Numbered from the stretch's first letter, positions 19,958 through 29,804 are shown. The stretch: 64,000 bases of DNA from an uncultured Planctomycetia bacterium (GCA_964536865.1 CAZHYN010000001.1:161824-225823), one strand, 5' to 3'. Notes: generated from the sequence alone by a model not told the origin. Numbers and translations are program-made.

Positions 19958-21174
19958 TGGGAGTTAGTAGTTTGTTAATATTTGGAGGAGCTATTCTTTT
20001 TGCTTTTATGGCAGGAAGGGTGGCCGAACGTCTTAGGGCTCCATTAGTGATAGGGTATGTTTTGATAGGAGTTATTTTGGGTAACTCTTTTCTAAACATT
20101 TTTAATCCTGATTTAGTAAATCGTATGGAGATAGTTAATGATTTAGCTCTCGGAATAATTGCTTTTATTATCGGGGGGGAACTTAACTTCTCTCGTTTAA
20201 AGAGATTAGGTAAGACGATTTTCTCTATTGCTATCAGTGAATCTTTAGGAGCTTTCATTTTAGTTAGTTTATCTACTTATTTCTTTACTAAAGATATTAA
20301 GACTTCTCTTATATTGGGAGCAGTCGCTTCAGCTACCGCTCCTGCAGCTACTGTTTCCGTGATTAATCAGTATCGAACAAAGGGGATACTTACTACTACC
20401 ATTTTGGGAGTAGTAGCGATCGATGACGGGATAGCTTTAATAATTTATATTTTTGTTGCAGGATTTGTATCTTCCTTTCTGGCCCTCGGTCATCTTCATT
20501 TTGCCAAACTTATCTTTCTCTCCTTAGGAAAGATTTTATCGTCCTTAGGGTTAGGGTTGATCTTAGGGATAATGATAAGTTATTTGGGGAGAAAAGTTAG
20601 AGAGAAGAGGGCTTTTTTCTCTCTTACCTTAGGAATTTTTCTTTTAGGCGAAGGACTTGCTATAAATTTAGGTCTTTCCGAGTTACTTTTAATTATGAGT
20701 ATGGCGATGATGATGAGCAATTTATCTCCTCATCGTTTTACTTCTATAATGGAGTATTTTGAAGTAGTAGGTTTTCCTATAATTGCTGGTTTCTTCTGTC
20801 TAGCTGGTACAAGGTTAAGTATTAGTTTATTTACCAAGATAGGGTTTTTAGCGATAGTTTACCTATTTGCTCGCTTTTTAGGAAAGTATTTGGGAGCAAG
20901 TTTGGGGGCAAGTCTATCTAAAGCACCAGAGCTGATACGAAAGTATATCGGATTAGCTCTATGGCCTCAGATAGGAGTAGCTTTAGCGTTAGCAATTATG
21001 GTGGAGAGAAATTTTGGTTCTTTAGAAGGAGGAGAATATTTAGCTAGTTTAGCTATTAATGTATTGCTTTTTACCACCATTATTACCGAAACTGTAGGTC
21101 CTTTGGCCACTAAGTATGCTCTCAGTAGAGCAGGAGAGATAAGAAAATTTAGTTTCAAACAAAAGGGGGGGTAA
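19957..21174 (+). CDS. Cation/proton antiporter, tandem paralog of the preceding gene
   Basis: Same helix pattern (GYVLIGVILGNSFLNIF...IIAFIIGGELNFSRL); start overlaps the upstream stop. Confidence 0.75.
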   Translation: MGVSSLLIFGGAILFAFMAGRVAERLRAPLVIGYVLIGVILGNSFLNIFNPDLVNRMEIVNDLALGIIAFIIGGELNFSRLKRLGKTIFSIAISESLGAFILVSLSTYFFTKDIKTSLILGAVASATAPAATVSVINQYRTKGILTTTILGVVAIDDGIALIIYIFVAGFVSSFLALGHLHFAKLIFLSLGKILSSLGLGLILGIMISYLGRKVREKRAFFSLTLGIFLLGEGLAINLGLSELLLIMSMAMMMSNLSPHRFTSIMEYFEVVGFPIIAGFFCLAGTRLSISLFTKIGFLAIVYLFARFLGKYLGASLGASLSKAPELIRKYIGLALWPQIGVALALAIMVERNFGSLEGGEYLASLAINVLLFTTIITETVGPLATKYALSRAGEIRKFSFKQKGG

Positions 21175-21175
21175 G

Positions 21176-21505
21176 ATGGAGCTTTTAATAATTATTCTTA
21201 ATCGAGAGGACTATCTGCAGAAAATACTCTCTCTTCTTGTAGAAGCAGGAGTTAAAGGGGCTACTATTATTCACAGCGAAGGGTTAGGGCATTTTTTAGC
21301 TTATGAGGTTCCTATATTTGCTGGGCTAAGACATCTAATAGGAGAAAGGAAAGGAGCAAACAGAACTATTCTGGCAGTTATTGAAGAGGAGGTTTTCTCT
21401 AAGTTTAAAGAGCTTCTCCATGAGGAGGAGATTGATTTTACTCAGCCTCAGACAGGGATTATTGTGACTCTTCCTATTAAGGAAGTAATAAAACACAAGC
21501 TCTAA
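21176..21505 (+). CDS. PII-like (GlnB-fold) small signalling protein
   Basis: 109 aa; beta-alpha-beta-beta-alpha-beta pattern (LLIIILNREDYLQKILSLLVEAGVKGATIIHSEG) aligns with PII/DUF190-like proteins. Confidence 0.45.
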   Translation: MELLIIILNREDYLQKILSLLVEAGVKGATIIHSEGLGHFLAYEVPIFAGLRHLIGERKGANRTILAVIEEEVFSKFKELLHEEEIDFTQPQTGIIVTLPIKEVIKHKL

Positions 21506-21605
21506 GCTCTAAATGATTATTATGTTGGTACATTACAAGATCAATATTAGAAGAGCAATAATTGATTATGTATCCGCAGTTCTCTTTTACCTTCCCTAAA
21601 GAAAT

Positions 21606-22823
21606 ATGACAGCTAATATTATCCTGTTAGTCTTATTTATTTTTCTTTCTGCTTTTTTCTCCGCTTCCGAGACAGCAATCTTTTCTCTTAGTAAAGCAAG
21701 ATTTAGAAGATTGAAGGAAAGACATCCTTCGGCAAAAAGATTGAATCCTCTTTTTAGGAGTCCAAGTCTTACTCTTTCCACAATCGTATTTGGGAATATA
21801 TGGGTGAATATAGGTTTGGCTTCTCTCACTACCTCGGTGTTAGTAAGTATTTTCGGTCAGAGGGGTATAGTAGTCTCTATAATTTTCTCTGGAGTTATTA
21901 TCCTTTTCCTAGGAGAAGTTCTTCCTAAGAGTTTTGCTGTTTATGCCCCTGAGAGAATATCTTTATTTTCTGCCCCCCTCCTTTTACTTATTATGAGATT
22001 TTTTTATCCTATATTAACCTTGACACAGAAGATAGTAGATAGTACTTCTTACCTTTTCTTTAGGAGAGAAAAAGAAGAGAAGTTGTTCTCTGAAGATGAA
22101 TTAAGAGAGGCTCTCTTTTTTGGGAAAAAACATGGGGATATAACTCCAGTGGAAGAGGAGATGATTAGCTACGTACTAGAGTTTAAAGATACCTGTGTAA
22201 GTGAGGTTATGACTCCCCGGGTGGAGATTCAGGGTATTGAGATAAATTTATCCCATCAGAGTGTAATGGATAGTTTAAAGAGTATAAGACATTCCAAACT
22301 CCCCGTGTATAGAGAATCTCTAGATAATATCGTAGGTATTCTCTACGCTAAGGATATTTTCTTGAATCCTCATCAGGATTGGAAAAAATTCTTAAGGTCT
22401 CCTCTCTTTGTTCCCGAAAGTAAAAAAATAGATGATCTTCTTAGAGAATTTCTCAGTAAAAATGAACACATCGCTATCGTTTTAGATGAATATGGAGGTA
22501 CTTCCGGTTTAGCCACTTTAGAAGATATCGAAGAGGAGATTTTTGGGGAAATCTATGATGAGTTTGAGATTCCTTATAAGATGATTGAGCAGATTGAAGA
22601 AAGGAAATGGCGAGTATATGGAAAAGTCCCTCTTAAGACATTAAATTTAGAGTTAGATTTAAATCTTCCTGAGGAGGAAGATACAGTAGCCGGGCTTATT
22701 CTCTCTAAACTGGAAAGAATTCCCCATACTCAAGAGAGATTAAAAATAGGGGAAGTAGAGTTTGTTATAGAGAGAGCTACTGCTCGTCGAATAATAAGTG
22801 TAATTTTAAACATTGAAAAATGA
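21606..22823 (+). CDS. CNNM/DUF21–CBS pair–CorC_HlyC transporter-associated protein (HlyC/CorC family)
   Basis: N-terminal DUF21 TM domain, tandem CBS domains and a C-terminal CorC_HlyC domain. Confidence 0.85.
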   Translation: MTANIILLVLFIFLSAFFSASETAIFSLSKARFRRLKERHPSAKRLNPLFRSPSLTLSTIVFGNIWVNIGLASLTTSVLVSIFGQRGIVVSIIFSGVIILFLGEVLPKSFAVYAPERISLFSAPLLLLIMRFFYPILTLTQKIVDSTSYLFFRREKEEKLFSEDELREALFFGKKHGDITPVEEEMISYVLEFKDTCVSEVMTPRVEIQGIEINLSHQSVMDSLKSIRHSKLPVYRESLDNIVGILYAKDIFLNPHQDWKKFLRSPLFVPESKKIDDLLREFLSKNEHIAIVLDEYGGTSGLATLEDIEEEIFGEIYDEFEIPYKMIEQIEERKWRVYGKVPLKTLNLELDLNLPEEEDTVAGLILSKLERIPHTQERLKIGEVEFVIERATARRIISVILNIEK

Positions 22824-23767
22824 TCTATCTATTAGGTGCTCTGGCATTCTTTCTTCTCCAAGGATTTTTTTCCGCCAGTGAGATGAGCTTTATCTCTTCC
22901 AGTCTCCTTAAACTTGCCCATCGGCAACATAAGGATAGAAGGGCAAGATTAGTTTACCAGCTTATCTCTAATCCTGAGCGGTTTCTTGCTACCACTTTGG
23001 TAGGAACAAATTTATCCGTAGTAGTAAGTTCTACTTTAGCTACCTACTTTCTCATAGAGTTAGGTATCGCTAATAGTAATCTGTGGATTACTTTTCTATT
23101 TACTCCGGTAGTAGTGATTTTTGCTGAGTTAGTTCCTAAGAACATCGGTCGAAGTTATCGGGAAGAGTTAGCTACTTATTTAGCAAGACCATTTACTTTC
23201 TTCCAGACTCTTTTTTCACCCTTTGTTTACGCTATAGAGAAAGTGTCTGTTTCCTTAACAGAGTTCTTCTTAAGTAAGGAGAAGAAGAGATCCTTATTTG
23301 TTACTAAGGAGGAGATAAAAGCTTTAATAGCTGAAGGAGAGAAAGAAGGAGTGTTAGAGAAGGGAGAGAAGGAGGCCATTGAAGACGTCTTCCAGTTTAG
23401 AGAGACTAAATTGAAAGATGTATGTATTCCTCTGAAAGAGGTAAAAGTTTTAGATTACAATTATTCTGTAGAGAAAGTAAAAGAGATAGCAAAGATTTAT
23501 AAATTCACCCGCTATCCTGTTGTTAAAAATAAAGTGATAGTAGGATATCTTAATATCTTCGATTTATTCTACCGAGAAGGTAAAGATTGGCATACCCTTA
23601 TCCGTCCTATTACTCATTTAGGAGGAAGTCAAAGATTGTATCAAGCTTTTTACATACTTAAGGCTAAGAGAGAAACTATGGCTATAGTAATGAAAGGAAA
23701 GAAAAGTTTAGGAATCGTTACTTTAGAAAGTCTTATGAGAGAGATCTTAAACTCTATCGCTAAGTAA
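22820..23767 (+). CDS. DUF21–CBS domain protein, tandem paralog lacking a clear CorC C-terminus
   Basis: Similar DUF21 TM region and a CBS pair; start overlaps the upstream stop. Confidence 0.7.
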   Translation: MIYLLGALAFFLLQGFFSASEMSFISSSLLKLAHRQHKDRRARLVYQLISNPERFLATTLVGTNLSVVVSSTLATYFLIELGIANSNLWITFLFTPVVVIFAELVPKNIGRSYREELATYLARPFTFFQTLFSPFVYAIEKVSVSLTEFFLSKEKKRSLFVTKEEIKALIAEGEKEGVLEKGEKEAIEDVFQFRETKLKDVCIPLKEVKVLDYNYSVEKVKEIAKIYKFTRYPVVKNKVIVGYLNIFDLFYREGKDWHTLIRPITHLGGSQRLYQAFYILKAKRETMAIVMKGKKSLGIVTLESLMREILNSIAK

Positions 23768-23768
23768 C

Positions 23769-24341
23769 TTAGTTAGTTAAAAGGTTTTTTAATTCCTCTG
23801 CAGAGATGCAAATTATCCCTAATTTCTGTGCCCACTTTATTACTCCCTTATCAGAAGTAGCTAGATAGGCAGACAATTCTTTAGAAAGAAGGATTAGGTC
23901 AAAATCCTCTTTACTGTCAATAATTCCTTCTCTTAAAGCAAATCGATATTCATTTCTCAAATTTTTAATAATTTCTTCCTCTTTAGCTCCTCTTAGTCCT
24001 TTTCGAGAGTGTTTCTCTGCCACTCTCAGACCCTTGTTTATTCGTGTTCTTATTTCCTCAATGAATTCGTAGAGCAGAATAGCAGGAATAGGAATTTCAT
24101 ACTTAGAGGGAGGCTTTCTATCTATAAGAGAAAGTCTTGGGGATACTTTCTTAATCTCCACAAAATTTAGTAGTTCATTAAAAACTGAAGGAGGCATAAA
24201 ACAAGTAACATTGCTTTTTTTCTCCAAGAGATGCAAAAAATTATTTATCGCTTCTTCAATAGATTTACCGAAGAGAAATCGAGTATCAGGGTTTATAAAA
24301 ATATTAGCATCCAGAACTACCTTTATTTCTTTTCTCTTCAT
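23769..24341 (-). CDS. PIN-domain (predicted nuclease) protein
   Basis: VVLDANIFI N-terminal acidic motif and C-terminal ATSDKGVIKWAQKLGI, typical of the PIN fold; 190 aa, no adjacent antitoxin-like ORF. Confidence 0.5.
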   Translation of the reverse strand: MKRKEIKVVLDANIFINPDTRFLFGKSIEEAINNFLHLLEKKSNVTCFMPPSVFNELLNFVEIKKVSPRLSLIDRKPPSKYEIPIPAILLYEFIEEIRTRINKGLRVAEKHSRKGLRGAKEEEIIKNLRNEYRFALREGIIDSKEDFDLILLSKELSAYLATSDKGVIKWAQKLGIICISAEELKNLLTN

Positions 24342-24454
24342 TAGGAAATATTTTAAGGCTAATTCTTACTTTCTTCAATACATTTCTGGAGTAGAAACAT
24401 TTTTCAAAGAGGAGGTTTGCAAATATTCTTGGGGTTGATAAAATAGTTATATCT

Positions 24455-25495
24455 ATGAAGGAAGGATACAATCTTTCCAATTTTGGATATACCTTTCCTT
24501 CTTACTTAATTGCTCAAAGACCTTTAGAAGAAAGGGATCAGGCTCGTCTTCTTGTTGTGGACCGTAAGTTAGGCACTTTTAAAGAAGGTGTTTTTAAAGA
24601 TATAACCAATTTTTTAAAGGAAGGGGAAGTGTTAGTTTTAAATAATACCAAGGTTGTAAGGGCGAAAATATTTGGGAGAAAATCTACGGGAGCAAGGCTG
24701 GAGTTTCTTCTTCTAAAGGAGATAGAAGGTAAAGGGAGGTGGGAAGCCTTAATTAAGAAGCGTAGGCGCCTTAAGTTAGGAGAGGAAGTAGTTTTTGAGG
24801 GAGGGTTTAAGGCAAAGCTGGTAGAGAAAACCTCCCAGGGTACAGCAATATTAGAGTTTTCTCCTCCTTCGATCGGTTCTTTCATAGAAAAATATGGAGA
24901 GATACCTCTTCCTCCTTACATTAAAGAAGAGTTAAAAGAGCCCAGTTACTATCAGACAGTTTTTGCTAAAAAAGAAGGAGCAGTAGCTGCTCCTACTGCA
25001 GGACTTCACTTTACTCCTTCTCTTCTCAAAGAGATTCAATGCAAAGGAGTGAAAGTTGTTTATCTTACCCTTCATTGTGGATTAGCTACTTTCCGACCTG
25101 TGAAGACTCAGGATATAAGAGAACATCTTATGGAGGAGGAATATTTCTGTATTCCTAAAGAGACTGCTTCAGTTATTAATGAAGCAAAACTTCACAATAG
25201 GAGAATTATCGCTGTAGGGACTACGGTAGTGAGAGCTCTGGAGAGTTGTGCTCAAGAAAAAGGAGAGAAACCTACAGTTATTCCAGGAGAGGGAAGGACT
25301 TCTCTCTATATCTTTCCTGGATATAAGTTCAAGATAGTTGATGCCCTAATTACTAATTTTCACACTCCTTATTCTACAAATCTAATCTTAGTATCTACCT
25401 TCTGTGGATTAGAGTTAACTAAGAGAGCTTACCTCTATGCAATTAAAAGAGAGTTTAGATTCTTCAGTTTTGGTGATACGATGTTTATCGGCTAA
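24455..25495 (+). CDS. queA: S-adenosylmethionine:tRNA ribosyltransferase-isomerase
   Basis: YxLPxxLIAQRP..ERDxxRLLV N-terminus and overall QueA length and architecture. Confidence 0.9.
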   Translation: MKEGYNLSNFGYTFPSYLIAQRPLEERDQARLLVVDRKLGTFKEGVFKDITNFLKEGEVLVLNNTKVVRAKIFGRKSTGARLEFLLLKEIEGKGRWEALIKKRRRLKLGEEVVFEGGFKAKLVEKTSQGTAILEFSPPSIGSFIEKYGEIPLPPYIKEELKEPSYYQTVFAKKEGAVAAPTAGLHFTPSLLKEIQCKGVKVVYLTLHCGLATFRPVKTQDIREHLMEEEYFCIPKETASVINEAKLHNRRIIAVGTTVVRALESCAQEKGEKPTVIPGEGRTSLYIFPGYKFKIVDALITNFHTPYSTNLILVSTFCGLELTKRAYLYAIKREFRFFSFGDTMFIG

Positions 25496-25542
25496 AGTTC
25501 TTCACATAACATACTGATTATCAATATATTATATAAAAATTG

Positions 25543-25571
25543 TTGACGTAAGAGATTATTTTTAATATAAT
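25543..25571 (+). promoter_or_regulatory. sigma70-like promoter (TTGACG -17- TATAAT) for the EF-G paralog operon
   Basis: TTGACG at 25543-25548 and TATAAT at 25566-25571; AAGGAGA RBS before the ATG at 25596. Confidence 0.45.
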
Positions 25572-25595
25572 AAATCTCTCTTTAAGGAGATTAAG

Positions 25596-27593
25596 ATGCT
25601 TCAAGGTTTAGAGAAAAAGAAGACTTTTCTTCTCTGTGGTCATGCTCAGACAGGAAAGACCTCTCTAGCTGAGGCGATACTTTATCAATGTGGTGTTACT
25701 TCCCGCTTAGGAAAGGTAGAGGAGGGTACAACCGTTAGCGATTATGAGGAGGATGAGAAGGAAAGGAAAAGTTCCATAAACCTTTCGGTAGTTAATGCTC
25801 ACTATAAGGATAGCTATCTCCAATTTATAGATACTCCAGGATACCTAGACTTTGTGGGAGAGTTAGTAGCCTCCGCTCGAGCAGTCAATTTTGCTGTAAT
25901 TGTAGTGAGTGCATCCTCAGGAGTAGAAGTAGGTACAGAAAAGGCTTGGGAGATTGTAAGAAAGGAAAACTTACCTTGTTTATTTTTTATTAATCAACTA
26001 GATAAAGAAAATGCTGATTACACTAAAGTTGTTGAGCAGATTCAGAAGAATTTAGCTAAAAAAGCTACTTCCTTTGCTGTTTTTGAAAAAAATACTGTAA
26101 CTGATGTTTTAAAAAATAAAGACAGAGCGCCTTCTCTCTATAACGAGATTGTTGAGAAGGTAGCAGAAAGTGACGATGCCTTATTAGAGAAGTATTTAGA
26201 TAAAGGAGAGTTGGAAGAGAAGGAATTAATTCTTGCTTTAAAGAGAGCGATTGTAAATTCTCAGATTTTCCCAGTAATAGGTGGAATAGCTACTCAGCAG
26301 TTAGGAGTAGAGCTACTCTTAGATTTGATTAATGAGATTATGCCTTCCGCAGGGGATTGCTTACCTAAGAAGGCTAAGGATGCTCAATCCAACCCGTTAG
26401 AGATAAATCCTACAGATTCCTTCTTTACTGCTCAGGTTTTTAAAACTGTGGTAGATCCTTACGTAGGCCAGCTTAGTATCTTTAGAGTTTTTTCTGGTTC
26501 TATTACTTCTAACAGTGAAGTTTATAATGCCACCCGGCGAATCAAGGAGAAGGTTGGCCAACTTTATACTCTTCAAGGTAAACAGCAGAGTCCTGTGGAT
26601 AGACTCTCTTCTGGGCAGATCGGTGCAGTAGCAAAGCTAAAAGATACTCATACCCAGGATACGTTGACAGAGGCTTCCAAGATCTTAGAATTCCCTCCTA
26701 TTGAATTTCCTTCTCCTGTATACTCAGCTTCAGTAAAGCCTAAGACCCGTCAGGATGAAGAGAAGATCTCTACTGCTTTAGGCCGCCTTGCTAGTGAGGA
26801 CCCCACTTTTAAAGTATCTAGAGATGTTCAGACAAAGGAATTAATTATCTCTGGTATGGGAGAGTTACATCTGAATGTGATTATTGAAAGGATGAGGAGG
26901 AAGTATTCTGCTAATGTGGAGTTAGGTACTCCTAAGGTTCCCTATAAGGAAACGGTGACTAAATCTGTGAAAGTTCAAGGTAAGTATAAAAAACAGACGG
27001 GAGGTAGAGGTCAATACGGAGATGTATGGATTGAAGTGGAGCCTCTGGAGAGGGGAAAGGAGTTTGAATTTGTAGATAAGATTGTAGGAGGAGCCATTCC
27101 TAGAAATTTTATCCCTTCAGTGGAGAAAGGGATAAGAAAGGCTATGGAAGAGGGAATCTTAGCCGGTTATCCAGTAACCGACATTAGAGTCACTCTCTAC
27201 GACGGTTCTTATCATCCTGTAGATTCTTCAGATATCGCTTTCCAAATTGCTGGATCCATGGCTCTTAAACAGGCTTTAGAACAAGCTAATAGTGTGCTTC
27301 TAGAGCCAATTATGAATGTAGAGATAATAGTTCCTGAGGAATTTATGGGACAGATTACAGGAGATATAAATGCTCGTAGAGGTAGGGTGTTGGGAATGGA
27401 GATAAAAGGAAGGAACCAAGTGGTGAGGGCCCAGATTCCCTTAGGAGAAATGTTCAAATATGCCTCAGATCTACGTTCAGTCACCGGAGGAAGAGGTACC
27501 TACTCTATGAGTTTTTCCCACTATGAAATAGTCCCCGCAAGGTTATCTCAGAGCATAATCGAGATGGCTAAAAGAGAGAAGAAAGAAGGCTAG
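25596..27593 (+). CDS. Elongation factor G-family GTPase paralog (EF-G2-like) with divergent G1/G2 motifs
   Basis: G1 GHAQTGKTS, G3 DTPGYLDF, G4 NQLD; domains II–V in EF-G order; the G2 region RKSSIN diverges from canonical RGITI. Confidence 0.85.
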   Translation: MLQGLEKKKTFLLCGHAQTGKTSLAEAILYQCGVTSRLGKVEEGTTVSDYEEDEKERKSSINLSVVNAHYKDSYLQFIDTPGYLDFVGELVASARAVNFAVIVVSASSGVEVGTEKAWEIVRKENLPCLFFINQLDKENADYTKVVEQIQKNLAKKATSFAVFEKNTVTDVLKNKDRAPSLYNEIVEKVAESDDALLEKYLDKGELEEKELILALKRAIVNSQIFPVIGGIATQQLGVELLLDLINEIMPSAGDCLPKKAKDAQSNPLEINPTDSFFTAQVFKTVVDPYVGQLSIFRVFSGSITSNSEVYNATRRIKEKVGQLYTLQGKQQSPVDRLSSGQIGAVAKLKDTHTQDTLTEASKILEFPPIEFPSPVYSASVKPKTRQDEEKISTALGRLASEDPTFKVSRDVQTKELIISGMGELHLNVIIERMRRKYSANVELGTPKVPYKETVTKSVKVQGKYKKQTGGRGQYGDVWIEVEPLERGKEFEFVDKIVGGAIPRNFIPSVEKGIRKAMEEGILAGYPVTDIRVTLYDGSYHPVDSSDIAFQIAGSMALKQALEQANSVLLEPIMNVEIIVPEEFMGQITGDINARRGRVLGMEIKGRNQVVRAQIPLGEMFKYASDLRSVTGGRGTYSMSFSHYEIVPARLSQSIIEMAKREKKEG

Positions 27594-28261
27594 TGAAAAT
27601 TTTTACTCCCCAAGAGCAACTTTTAGGGAAGAAGATTTATCGAGATAAAAGTCTTAAGAAGTTAGAGGAAAAATTTAAGCCTAAAAAGGTCACTTACTTC
27701 AGTGGAGAGTTTATTTCTACTAAAGAAAGCTGTGATGTGATTCTTCTGGATGAGAAAACACTTTTAGATTTTGTTGTGGAAGATATGGAAAAGTTAGAGG
27801 GACTTCTAGGTAAAGAAAAAGAAGAGTTAGTGAAGAAAGCTTTGAGAGTTTTAGATAAGGGTAAACCTTTATTTACAGAATTAGATGAAAAAGAGAGAGA
27901 TGAGCTTAAAGATTATAACCTTATCACTTTAAAGCCAGTGGTTTTCCTAGAAGGAGACCAAGATTTAGATACCCTATGGGAGAGGATTTTTGAAACAGCA
28001 GGAGTTATCTTTTTTTATACTGTCAATAAGAATGAAGCTAGAAGCTACCCTACTAAAGAGGGAACCGACATTGTTTCTTGCGCAGGAAAAGTCCATAGTG
28101 ATCTAGCAAGAGGTTTTATAAGAGCAGAGGTTTTCAACATTAAAGATATAGATAGCTTTCATAATTTAGAAGAAGCAAGGCAGAGAAGGTTCCTGAAGGT
28201 AGTGGGTAAAGATTATATCGTAGTTCATGGAGATGTAATTAACATAAAATTTAGCGTTTAG
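27593..28261 (+). CDS. YchF/Ola1 C-terminal-like protein (helical domain plus TGS domain) lacking the N-terminal P-loop GTPase domain
   Basis: LITLKPVVFL...IFFYTVNKNEARSYPTKEGTDIVSCAGKVHSDLARGFIRAEVFN...GKDYIVVHGDVINIKF aligns with the YchF C-terminal half (GFIRAEV, DGDV..F); there are no G1–G3 motifs; the GTG start overlaps the EF-G stop. Confidence 0.6.
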   Translation: MKIFTPQEQLLGKKIYRDKSLKKLEEKFKPKKVTYFSGEFISTKESCDVILLDEKTLLDFVVEDMEKLEGLLGKEKEELVKKALRVLDKGKPLFTELDEKERDELKDYNLITLKPVVFLEGDQDLDTLWERIFETAGVIFFYTVNKNEARSYPTKEGTDIVSCAGKVHSDLARGFIRAEVFNIKDIDSFHNLEEARQRRFLKVVGKDYIVVHGDVINIKFSV

Positions 28262-28263
28262 AT

Positions 28264-29778
28264 ATGCTAAAGATACGTAGAGCCTTAATCAGCGTGTGGG
28301 ATAAAAGAGGAATAATAGATTTTGCTAAGAAGTTGAAGAGCTTAAATATAGAGATAATCTCTACCGGTAAGACAGCCTCACTGTTGAGGAGAAGTAAGAT
28401 AGATGTAAAGACTGTCTATTCTATCACTTCCTTCCCGGAGATTCTTTCTGGGAGAGTGAAGACTCTCCATCCTCGAGTATTTGGAGCAATTTTAGCTAAT
28501 AAAAAACACCCTTTACATATGGAAGATTTAAAGAATTTAGGTATAGAACCTATCGATATGGTAGTAGTTAATTTCTATCCTTTCCCCAAAATGGTTAAGG
28601 AGAAAGTAAGTTTTGACCAGATGTTAGAGTATATTGATATTGGGGGACCAGCGATGCTTAGAGCAGCAGCCAAAAATTTTAAAAACGTAGCTTGTGTAAG
28701 TTCTCCTCAACAGTATAGGAGGATTATTGAGGAATTAGAGAAGAATAGAGGAATGTTAAAGGAAGAGGCTCTAAGAGAACTCGCCTGTGAAGTTTTTCGT
28801 ATTACTAAAGATTACGATACTGCTATCTATGGTTTTTTAAAGAAGAGAGAGGTTTTAGTATGGGATTTAGAGAAGATTTCTCATTTACGCTACGGAGAGA
28901 ATCCCCACCAGAAAGGGGAACTATTCAAACTTTCTACTGAGGAGGGAGTAGGTTTCCGTCAGATTCAAGGAAAACACCTTTCTTTTAATAATCTCCTTGA
29001 CTTAGATACTGCCTTAAGTTTAGTGAAAGATTTTAACGAACCTACAGTTACAATTATAAAGCATGCTTCTCCTTGTGGAGTAGCTCAGGACAAAAAACTT
29101 TTCCGTGCTTTCCTTAAAGCTCATCAGGCTGATCCTGTTTCTAGCTTTGGAGGAATAGTGGGATTAAACAGGAAGGTTGATGGCAAAACTGCCAAGGAGG
29201 TATTGAAAAGTGACTTTAAAGAATGCATAATTGCTCCCAGTTATTCTAAAGAGGCATTGAGACTTTTTTCTTCCAAAAGAAATCTGCGCATAATAGAAGG
29301 GAACTTTGTTAAGTCTACTAAATACAAAGACATAAGAAGGATAGTATTTGGATACCTTCTTCAGGATCCCGATGAAGTTACTTGTGAAAAGAACCTCCTT
29401 AAGGTAGTTACCAAAAAGAAACCTACTGACAAAGAGTGGAAAGATTTACTTTTTGCCTGGAGAGTAGTTAAGTTCGTAAAATCTAATGCCATTGTAATAG
29501 CTAAAAATAGAATTACTCTGGGCATAGGAGGAGGACAGCCTTCTCGAGTGGGAGCAGTGGAGCTTGCTATTAAGAGAGCTTATAAATCTCCTAAAGGGGC
29601 AGTGTTGGCTAGCGATGGCTTCTTTCCTAAAACAGATTCTATAAAATTAATGAAGAAGTATGGTATAAGGTCCATTATCCAACCGGGAGGTTCCATTAGG
29701 GATAAAGAGATTATAGAAATTTGCAATAAATTAAACATCTCTATGGTTTTCACAGGTATCCGCCACTTCCGCCATTAA
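28264..29778 (+). CDS. purH: Bifunctional AICAR transformylase / IMP cyclohydrolase
   Basis: N-terminal MGS-like domain (RALISVWDKRGI) and a C-terminal AICARFT domain; 504 aa. Confidence 0.9.
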   Translation: MLKIRRALISVWDKRGIIDFAKKLKSLNIEIISTGKTASLLRRSKIDVKTVYSITSFPEILSGRVKTLHPRVFGAILANKKHPLHMEDLKNLGIEPIDMVVVNFYPFPKMVKEKVSFDQMLEYIDIGGPAMLRAAAKNFKNVACVSSPQQYRRIIEELEKNRGMLKEEALRELACEVFRITKDYDTAIYGFLKKREVLVWDLEKISHLRYGENPHQKGELFKLSTEEGVGFRQIQGKHLSFNNLLDLDTALSLVKDFNEPTVTIIKHASPCGVAQDKKLFRAFLKAHQADPVSSFGGIVGLNRKVDGKTAKEVLKSDFKECIIAPSYSKEALRLFSSKRNLRIIEGNFVKSTKYKDIRRIVFGYLLQDPDEVTCEKNLLKVVTKKKPTDKEWKDLLFAWRVVKFVKSNAIVIAKNRITLGIGGGQPSRVGAVELAIKRAYKSPKGAVLASDGFFPKTDSIKLMKKYGIRSIIQPGGSIRDKEIIEICNKLNISMVFTGIRHFRH

Positions 29779-29804
29779 TTAACTCATTTTTAGTTGTTCA
29801 CTTT

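Noticed and set aside
21606-23767. The tandem DUF21–CBS (CNNM/CorC) paralogs as an unusual system
   Set aside because: Paired CNNM/CorC-family genes are common in bacterial genomes. Nothing in the sequence sets them apart beyond ordinary paralogy.
23769-24341. PIN-domain gene as a toxin–antitoxin locus
   Set aside because: At 190 aa it is larger than VapC toxins. There is no small upstream or downstream partner ORF in either orientation, and the flanking genes are unrelated housekeeping genes.
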